The position numbers and the translations under genes are program-made. A stretch of DNA of 26,988 nucleotides from a virus (lineage: Duplodnaviria > Heunggongvirae > Uroviricota > Caudoviricetes): IMG/VR virus record IMGVR_UViG_2698536339_000014, positions 1 to 26,988 of that record. One strand, 5' to 3'. Below, one piece after another: positions 20,084 to 26,988 of the stretch (within the stretch, counting starts at the first letter, position 1; every line of letters begins with the position of its first letter). The notes under the pieces are model-generated. The model was not told the DNA's origin and made no database searches. It worked only from the letters and a program-made list of their open reading frames with translations.

Positions 20084-22477
20084 ATGGCTAATTACCGTGA
20101 TTTGTTAGAGCAGGCTGGCGCACGTTACGGTGTGCCAGAAGGGTTGATGACTGCACTGGGTGCCAAGGAGTCTTCTTACAACCCTGCCGCAGTAAGCTCC
20201 GCCGGGGCTGTAGGATTGACTCAGGTCATGCCTGGGACATGGCGTGATATGGGTTATACCGATGAGCAAATGCAAAACCCCGAATATCAGGCTGACGCTG
20301 GCGCGCGCTATCTGGCAAAGATGTACCAGCAGTTTGGTAACTGGCGTGACGCTCTTCAGGCTTATCACGACGGTCCCGGCAACGTTATGAAGGCAAAGCG
20401 TGGTGAATATACGCCAGGACCTGAAGGCCGCGGTTACGTTGATGATCGCTTTGCTCAATGGGCGGGTGACCCGGTGACAGACTCAACAGTCGAACAGCGC
20501 GCCACCTCTGCAAAGGTACATCCTCAGCAAGACCCTAACAACCCGTTTGCACAACTGGAAGCACAGTCATCCGAACAAGTATCGGCATCAGGCGTGCAGT
20601 CAGACCCAAATAATCCATTTGCTCAGATTGAGCAGCAGGCAGCCAGTCAGCAGCCACCTCAACCCGTAAGTTCTGTCGCACCGAAACCTGTTCAGCAGCA
20701 AGGCGGAATAATGTCTGACCTTGGTAATGGACTTGCTGAAACCGGGCGCGGCTTACTACAGGCAGGAATCAACGTAGCGAACATACCTGCTGAACTCACT
20801 GATGCTGTAACAAGCGCGGCGGCTTGGGCTGGCGGTAAACTCGGCATTGGCGATGGTACATATCAACCAGCACCACGAGTAACAACGCAGGGATTAGAGC
20901 AGGACTTTGGCCTTCAGCAAGGCGCGCTGACTCCACAAACGACAGAGGGAAGGGTATTTGCTGAAGCATTGCCTTACCTCACTCCTGCTGGCGTTGAGAG
21001 AGCGGCGGTACAGGCACCAACACTTGCTGGTCGAATTGCTCAGGGGGCAACTCGCCTTCTCGCAGAAAACGCAGTTGGATCACTTGCTGCAAACAGTGCG
21101 AAAGATGATGCGGAAGCACTCGCCACCGATTTAGGCGTTGGTGTGCTGGCTGGCGGTGCTATTAACGCTGCCGGACGTGGATTAGGTGCTGCTTATCGTG
21201 GTGTTCGTGGTGCTATCGCGCCAGAAGCGCAGCAGGCTATCAGATTTGCAGAGCGTGAAGGAGTTCCTCTGCACACCACAGACCTGTTACAACCAACTTC
21301 CCGCGTCGGAAAAATGGCGCAGACTACAGCAGAAAATATCCCTCTGGCTGGCACAAGCGGAATGAGAGCAACGCAACAGGAAGCGAGAAGCCAGTTGGTT
21401 CAGAGATTTGCTGATAAATTCGGGGAGTATGATCCAGCGGTTGTTATTGACAGCCTTAAAGCGAAAACATCAGGAATTCGTCGTGCTGCCGGTAATCGAC
21501 TGGAGCAGGTTCAGAATGCTATGGCTGGAGTAAACATTCAACCTGCGCGAGCAATTCAGCAGATTGATACAGAAATATCTAACCTGCAGAAGCTTGGTAA
21601 GGTTGCTGATAACGAGACTATTTCAAAACTTCAGTCATATCGTGATGAGCTTGTTCGCAATGCTGGTCCTGATGGTCCGGTCAATCTGGATTTGAAGCAA
21701 TTAAGCGATCTGCGCAGCCAGTTCAGAATGGACGTGAAGGGTGAGCGACCAGTGTTACCAAACCGTTCCGATGCTGCCATTCAGCGAGTTTACAAGGCGA
21801 TGACCGACGATATCAATGGTGCCATTGGTCAGAATCTTGGCAATGATACTCTTCGTAAATATCAGCAGGCCAATGCCGTCTACGCTGACGAAGCGGCGAA
21901 ACTAAAGAATACCAGGCTGAAGAATGTTCTCATGAAAGGCGACCTGACACCGGAAGTTGTCAACAACATGCTATTCAGCAAGAACAAATCTGAAATTAAG
22001 ACTCTGTATAACTCAGTTGGTCGTGTTGGTAGGGCGCAAATGCGCAATGGCATCATTGGAAAGGCGATGGAGAAATCAGGTGGTTCCCCTGACCAGTTCC
22101 TTCGACAGCTTAACATCCTGCAAAACCAGACTGGAATAACATTTAAGGGGCAGGACGCTGCTTATCTGAAAGGATTGAAAAACTACCTGCAATCCACGCA
22201 GCAGGCTGCAAAAGCGGCAGTAACAACACCAACAGGGCAGCAAACCATCCCGTTCATTATCGGGTATGGGACGGCAATGAACCCGGCGACAACTGGCGCA
22301 GCGGTAAGCTACGGACTTCTTACTCGCGCCTATGAGAGTGAGCCATTCAGAAATGCAATGCTCCGAATGGCAAACACCCCACGCGGATCAACATCTTTTG
22401 AGAAAGCCATGCAGCAGGCACAAAAGGCTATTAACGCTATGACGCAGGGTGCCAAGTCTGATGCGTTGTCAGAATAG
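20084..22477 (+). CDS. ejection protein (P22 gp16 position) with N-terminal lytic transglycosylase (SLT) domain
   Basis: 797 aa; SLT motifs AKESSYNP, GLTQVMP, AYHDGPGN in the first ~120 aa; long Ala/Gln-rich remainder. Confidence 0.7.
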   Translation: MANYRDLLEQAGARYGVPEGLMTALGAKESSYNPAAVSSAGAVGLTQVMPGTWRDMGYTDEQMQNPEYQADAGARYLAKMYQQFGNWRDALQAYHDGPGNVMKAKRGEYTPGPEGRGYVDDRFAQWAGDPVTDSTVEQRATSAKVHPQQDPNNPFAQLEAQSSEQVSASGVQSDPNNPFAQIEQQAASQQPPQPVSSVAPKPVQQQGGIMSDLGNGLAETGRGLLQAGINVANIPAELTDAVTSAAAWAGGKLGIGDGTYQPAPRVTTQGLEQDFGLQQGALTPQTTEGRVFAEALPYLTPAGVERAAVQAPTLAGRIAQGATRLLAENAVGSLAANSAKDDAEALATDLGVGVLAGGAINAAGRGLGAAYRGVRGAIAPEAQQAIRFAEREGVPLHTTDLLQPTSRVGKMAQTTAENIPLAGTSGMRATQQEARSQLVQRFADKFGEYDPAVVIDSLKAKTSGIRRAAGNRLEQVQNAMAGVNIQPARAIQQIDTEISNLQKLGKVADNETISKLQSYRDELVRNAGPDGPVNLDLKQLSDLRSQFRMDVKGERPVLPNRSDAAIQRVYKAMTDDINGAIGQNLGNDTLRKYQQANAVYADEAAKLKNTRLKNVLMKGDLTPEVVNNMLFSKNKSEIKTLYNSVGRVGRAQMRNGIIGKAMEKSGGSPDQFLRQLNILQNQTGITFKGQDAAYLKGLKNYLQSTQQAAKAAVTTPTGQQTIPFIIGYGTAMNPATTGAAVSYGLLTRAYESEPFRNAMLRMANTPRGSTSFEKAMQQAQKAINAMTQGAKSDALSE

Positions 22478-22641
22478 CTTCGCAAACACCAGGAACGTGC
22501 AAAAACCAAATATGTAGAACGCAATATTCAACAGATCTCTTTGCATAGACTCATCTCATAATTAACAAACCATAACTGACATTAGTGCAATGCTTGGCAA
22601 GTTGCATCTTGTCCGGCATTGCTACGTCCGGAGCAAATTAA

Positions 22642-24552
22642 ATGACAGACATTACAGCCAATGTTGTAGTAAGCATGCCTTCGCAACTCTTCACTATGGC
22701 TCGTTCTTTTAAAGCCGTAGCCAATGGCAAAATTTATATCGGTAAAATTGACACGGACCCGGTAAATCCTGAAAACCAGATTCAGGTTTGTGTAGAGAAT
22801 GAAGACGGCTCTCACGTTCCTGTTTCGCAACCAATCATTATTAACGCTGCTGGTTATCCGGTATATAACGGACAGATTGCCAAGTTTGTAACCGTGCAAG
22901 GCCATTCTATGGCTGTTTATGATGCGTACGGTGCTCAGCAGTTCTATTTCCCTAATGTGCTTAAGTATGACCCTGACCAACTAAGGCCAGAGTTTGAACA
23001 GTTTAAAGCAGATCTCGCAGGAAGCGAAGGGGCAAAGAAAGTTGGCATTGGTGTGCGAACTGTTTATAACAACCTGGATGATATCAAGCACTCCGGTAAT
23101 TACGTAGACCTACAAGAGGCTATTGATATCACAAGATATCGCGACGATCTGTTAATTACTCCTGGTACATATACTGGAGAATACACTTCCGGAAACGCCA
23201 ATCTCATTGGTACCGGATATAATGTTATCTTTAAGCCAGACATTGGCAAGACAAGCATTACACTATCTGAATCATCGCGATTATGGCAATATCGCCACGC
23301 GCAGAACTTCCTTATTGAGGGAAATATTTCCACACCACAAGGAATTGGCATAGCTTTTGGATCGTCTAATCTTGATGGCCGATGGAACTTTAGGGATATT
23401 GCTTTTGACGGTCTTGATATTGGAGTTTTCAAGCCAAAAGGAAACATTGGTAATACATATAAGCATTGTAGCTATCTTGAATGCAATTACGGACACAAGG
23501 CGCAATCTGAAAATAATATGCACGCAGGTTCAGATTCATGGCAAAATTGCCACTTTGCTGGAATAAAAAAATATTGCATTTATATAAATGGAAAGATTGG
23601 AGGACCAGCACCAGGAGGTGGAATTGATGGAATAAAAATCAAGGACTGCATCATGGAACAATGCGAAGGTGGCGGTATATATTTGAATGGTAATGACCTC
23701 GCTCCTGTTGTTCCACCGGTAATTTCAAACGTTTGGTTTGAACTGGTAGCTAAAGACGAAACTGTTGATATTGATGGCGTGGTACAGAAGCCAAGGCAAC
23801 TTAAACTTGTTGATATGCCTTCTGTGGTGGCTGAGCAGTGCTATTTTAATAACATTGAACTAATAAATTCTACTTTAATAGCCAGAGGGTGCAGATTTGA
23901 TAGCGCTACTGGTATTTACGATATTCAGATTGATGATACAAGCAAGATTATTGCAAGGGATGTTGTCTGTGATGGTTACATTGGTCCTAGCATTCACGTT
24001 GAGTCGATAGCAATACAACACTTTGGAGCATTGCAGAACGTGGATATATCTTTAAGAGGCACTTCAATAAAAGGAAGGATTAAAAGGTTGCCAACTGGCG
24101 AAATTCTTAATTCAGAGTCATTTACAGGTGATGGTCCATGGCAGTTTTTAGGAACTGGCACCGTTGATGGCTCAAGCGTGTCTGACGGATCGTTATCTGA
24201 TAAATGTGCACAGGTAAACATTCCAGCCGGTTACACGATATCATTGAATATTTCACCAGCTAACATAGCTAAGTTTTACCATGTTGTTTGGGGATGTAGC
24301 ATTAAACTTGTATCAGGTGATGTTACAGGATCGTTCTCAGGTGATACAGATCAGCTTGGCAACATATACACCTCTACAGGTGAATGGGTACACACATTTG
24401 GAGTAGGGAGAGCAGTAAAATCAGGCGCAGTAAAGTTAACATTGAAAACAACATCTGGATGTGTAGTTAGGTTAAATGACTATTTTGTTTGTCAATTCAT
24501 TAAATCACAAGATGCTTATGATTTTGCAAATAGCAGAATGTCTATAGAATAA
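22642..24552 (+). CDS. tailspike: P22 gp9-type head-binding domain fused to a divergent receptor-binding domain
   Basis: First ~115 aa ([11 protein letters not shown]...KYDPDQ) match the recalled P22 gp9 N-terminal domain; the remainder is AT-rich, Gly/Asn-rich and beta-helix-like with no P22 similarity. Confidence 0.9.
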   Translation: MTDITANVVVSMPSQLFTMARSFKAVANGKIYIGKIDTDPVNPENQIQVCVENEDGSHVPVSQPIIINAAGYPVYNGQIAKFVTVQGHSMAVYDAYGAQQFYFPNVLKYDPDQLRPEFEQFKADLAGSEGAKKVGIGVRTVYNNLDDIKHSGNYVDLQEAIDITRYRDDLLITPGTYTGEYTSGNANLIGTGYNVIFKPDIGKTSITLSESSRLWQYRHAQNFLIEGNISTPQGIGIAFGSSNLDGRWNFRDIAFDGLDIGVFKPKGNIGNTYKHCSYLECNYGHKAQSENNMHAGSDSWQNCHFAGIKKYCIYINGKIGGPAPGGGIDGIKIKDCIMEQCEGGGIYLNGNDLAPVVPPVISNVWFELVAKDETVDIDGVVQKPRQLKLVDMPSVVAEQCYFNNIELINSTLIARGCRFDSATGIYDIQIDDTSKIIARDVVCDGYIGPSIHVESIAIQHFGALQNVDISLRGTSIKGRIKRLPTGEILNSESFTGDGPWQFLGTGTVDGSSVSDGSLSDKCAQVNIPAGYTISLNISPANIAKFYHVVWGCSIKLVSGDVTGSFSGDTDQLGNIYTSTGEWVHTFGVGRAVKSGAVKLTLKTTSGCVVRLNDYFVCQFIKSQDAYDFANSRMSIE

Positions 24553-24559
24553 ATGATAT

Positions 24560-24592
24560 TTCGGCATCAGTGTATAAAATACCGATGCCGAA
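24560..24592. terminator. hairpin between the convergent tailspike and acyltransferase genes (candidate bidirectional terminator)
   Basis: 9-bp perfect stem TTCGGCATC / GATGCCGAA with a 15-nt loop; A/T-rich flanks on both sides. Confidence 0.45.
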
Positions 24593-24600
24593 CATATAAT

Positions 24601-25731
24601 TTATTTTACTGAATTTCTTAAAATAAAGCCTTCTCTGCAAGATTTTACTTTAAAACGAAGAAAAAAACTCTCAAATAAGTAAAATGATGCTATTGAAACT
24701 GCATATGATACAATAAATGAAGCAGCTATGTAAGTGAATCCATCAGTTGTGATTCCTACAAATGAAAACATTTTTCTTACTATTGAAAAACATAGCAAGT
24801 GCCACATGTAAAGGCCGTAACTTATATTTCCTGTAAATCTAAGGAATTTTAAGTTAAATATCTTGTTACAAGTCGTTATAAATAGTTGTAAAATATTGCT
24901 GTCTGTTGCTGTCTGTTGCTGTCTGTTGCTGTCTGTCATTTTTCCTGATGAATAATATAAGAACCAAATAATTGATGAGAATGTCATCCCTAATGATGTA
25001 AATAGGTATAATCCCTTGCCAACCCACTGCTCTGGATGCCAAAAATTATTAATCCCAATATTTATAACGCCATATGCAGTAACAATAGAACCAACTATAA
25101 ATGTCAACATGGCTATTTGTGGTGCTTTATTGCTATCCTTTATATGAGCAAAGATAGCGCCTAGGACAAGCATATCAACACAACTGATAAGAGTTACGTT
25201 AGTTATATACGGATTACCTCCAGACATATTGAATATAAAATATCTAGAAGCTAGTGAGATTATCACAAGAAATACAAAAAAACATACTTCCTTTGGTGGG
25301 CGAATAAAAAATATTACAATAGGCCAAATCCAATAGAATTGTTCTTCTATAGCTAGAGACCATGTGTGTCCAAGTATTCCTGGTGTTGTTATGTTATTAC
25401 CAATGTAATAGTTTTGTAAGTAGGTGACAAACCAAGAATAACCTTCCGTACTTCCTCCCATTGATTTAACTATTACAAAATTAACCGCAAGGTATAGATA
25501 GAATAGAGGAAATATTCTCAACGATCTATTTATTAGAAACTTTTTAATATACCAGGCAAATCTATACTTCCTGTCTTCCTCAAGAATTGATGTGATCAGG
25601 AACCCCGAAAGGCAAAAGAATAATGGAACACCAGCCCACCCCAAAGATGCCCAAGGTATATTAGAATGAAATAACATGACCATTATGACGGCAATTCCTC
25701 TAGCTCCATCAAGAGAAGTAACGTGTTTCAT
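24601..25731 (-). CDS. acyltransferase-3 family integral membrane protein (candidate O-antigen acetyltransferase, Oac/OafA-like)
   Basis: 376 aa; N-terminal LDGARGIAVIMVMLFH and C-terminal FTGNISYGLYMWH motifs; about 10 hydrophobic segments; strongly AT-rich; sits between tailspike and int, as oac does in Sf6. Confidence 0.8.
   Translation of the reverse strand: MKHVTSLDGARGIAVIMVMLFHSNIPWASLGWAGVPLFFCLSGFLITSILEEDRKYRFAWYIKKFLINRSLRIFPLFYLYLAVNFVIVKSMGGSTEGYSWFVTYLQNYYIGNNITTPGILGHTWSLAIEEQFYWIWPIVIFFIRPPKEVCFFVFLVIISLASRYFIFNMSGGNPYITNVTLISCVDMLVLGAIFAHIKDSNKAPQIAMLTFIVGSIVTAYGVINIGINNFWHPEQWVGKGLYLFTSLGMTFSSIIWFLYYSSGKMTDSNRQQQTATDSNILQLFITTCNKIFNLKFLRFTGNISYGLYMWHLLCFSIVRKMFSFVGITTDGFTYIAASFIVSYAVSIASFYLFESFFLRFKVKSCREGFILRNSVK
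24898..24937 (-). repeat. 10-bp tandem repeat x4 (GCTGTCTGTT on +; last unit GCTGTCTGTC) inside the acyltransferase coding sequence
   Basis: Counted directly in the sequence; encodes TDSNRQQQTATDS in the gene frame. Confidence 0.95.
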
Positions 25732-25821
25732 TGTATTTTCCGATTATTTTGTGTGATTGTTAATGAGAACCTTGACAGTATACACGTGATCTACTTATAC
25801 CATAAACTGGTATGTCATTTT

Positions 25822-26988
25822 TCATGAACTAACTTTAAACTTCTCATCAAGCCAGTCCGCCCACCACTGCATCATTTCTCTGCGCTTATCGAGATACTGA
25901 GCATGGTTGTAAATCCCGCGCACAGATCCGCCGTTGGCATGTGCCAGTTGCACTTCAATAGCATCAGCAGGCCATTCGTGCTCGTTCATAATCGTGCTGA
26001 ATTCATGCCTGAATCCGTGACCGCTTTCCAGACCCTCATAGCCGATTTGTTTGATCACAAGCAATACCGCGTTCTCGCAGATTGGCTTCTTCTTATCGTT
26101 GCGCCCGGCAAAAACAAACTCTGATACTGGTTTAGTGATTGAGCTTAGCGTAGTGAGAAGTTCAACTACCTGGTCTGACATAGGAACCACATGAATTTTG
26201 CGTCCCTTCATCACACTGGCGTCGATGGTGATAATCCTGTTTTCAAAATCGACGTTCTTCCATAGCATGGAACGAAGCTCTTTCGTTCTTAGGGCAGTGT
26301 AGCGTAAAACCTTGGTGGCAATGAGCGATACGATACTTCCTGAAAATGTTGCCAGTGCTTTATTGAATGCCGGGATCTGGTCTGCAGGAAGAAACGGGAA
26401 GTTCTTCTTGCGGTACCCCTTCATGGCGTCAGCAAGGTCAGGTGCCGGGTTATATTTAGCCCTACCAGTGACAATAGCGTAACGGAAAACCTCGCCGCAT
26501 CTTCTGCGGGCTTTGTTGGCTCGCTCCATTGCACCGCGATCTTCAAACCTGCGGATTACTTCCAGCAGTTGCATCGGCTCAATATCCTGAATTTCAAGGC
26601 CGCCAATGATAGGTAAAATGTCGTCGTCAAACATTTTGGCAAGTTCAGTCGCATATCCTACAGACCAGACTTGCTTCTTGTGCTCGTACCATTCCTTGTA
26701 AATGGCGCTAAAGGAATTGTTGTTAGACGAAGCCTTTTTCGCTTTTACCGGATCGATGCCAACCGAGATGTCTTTCCTCGCAGTCCATGCTTTATCCCTT
26801 GCCTCTTGCAAAGTCATAAGCGGATATTTTCCTACGGTCAGGATTTTCTCCTTACCGTCAATCTTGTAGCGAAGCTGCCATACCTTTTTCCCTGACACAG
26901 GGACATAAAGGTACAGGCCATTACCATCGAGTAGGCGGTATGGTTTTTCTTTCGGCTTTGCTGCTTCAATCTGCTTAACGGTGAGCAT
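25822..26988 (-). CDS. int: tyrosine integrase (P4/P22-type, N-terminal arm-binding domain)
   Basis: 388 aa; HGFRHEF...GIYNHAQYL catalytic region; start codon is the last 3 nt of the window (reverse strand). Confidence 0.9.
   Translation of the reverse strand: MLTVKQIEAAKPKEKPYRLLDGNGLYLYVPVSGKKVWQLRYKIDGKEKILTVGKYPLMTLQEARDKAWTARKDISVGIDPVKAKKASSNNNSFSAIYKEWYEHKKQVWSVGYATELAKMFDDDILPIIGGLEIQDIEPMQLLEVIRRFEDRGAMERANKARRRCGEVFRYAIVTGRAKYNPAPDLADAMKGYRKKNFPFLPADQIPAFNKALATFSGSIVSLIATKVLRYTALRTKELRSMLWKNVDFENRIITIDASVMKGRKIHVVPMSDQVVELLTTLSSITKPVSEFVFAGRNDKKKPICENAVLLVIKQIGYEGLESGHGFRHEFSTIMNEHEWPADAIEVQLAHANGGSVRGIYNHAQYLDKRREMMQWWADWLDEKFKVSS

Noticed and set aside
22478-22641. Gap upstream of the tailspike, as a possible immI-type region or small RNA
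   Set aside because: At 164 bp it is too short for the P22 sieA/mnt/arc/ant cluster and I found no clear promoter-terminator pair or conserved structure; it is probably only the tailspike leader.

Overview
The window reads as a nearly complete late region of a mosaic temperate lambdoid phage, in phage-form (not prophage) gene order, with almost everything on the + strand. All identifications are from reading the sequence and recalling protein families; no database search or computation was run. Left to right: (1) a lambda-type nin region (ninB, ninE, ninF, ninG, ninH, the Ser/Thr phosphatase) ending in antiterminator Q, followed by a pR'-like late promoter and tR'-like terminator; (2) a lambda-type lysis cassette S-R-Rz with embedded Rz1; (3) a junction region with an Rha-like regulator, gene fragments and an AT-rich moron; (4) a P22-like morphogenesis module (small and large terminase, portal, scaffold, coat, gp4, gp10, tail needle, three ejection proteins, tailspike); (5) an AT-rich minus-strand acyltransferase-3 family gene (candidate O-antigen acetylase) and a tyrosine integrase at the right edge. 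The candidates I would look at first are: a 10-bp x4 tandem repeat inside the acyltransferase ORF (possible slipped-strand ON/OFF switch of a seroconversion gene); a small gene between coat and gp4 carrying a perfect (GAGCCA)x11 repeat that encodes a TonB-like (EP)11 spacer; an HNH-AP2 homing endonuclease inserted antisense between scaffold and coat; and a tailspike whose conserved head-binding domain is fused to an AT-rich, unrecognised receptor-binding domain.
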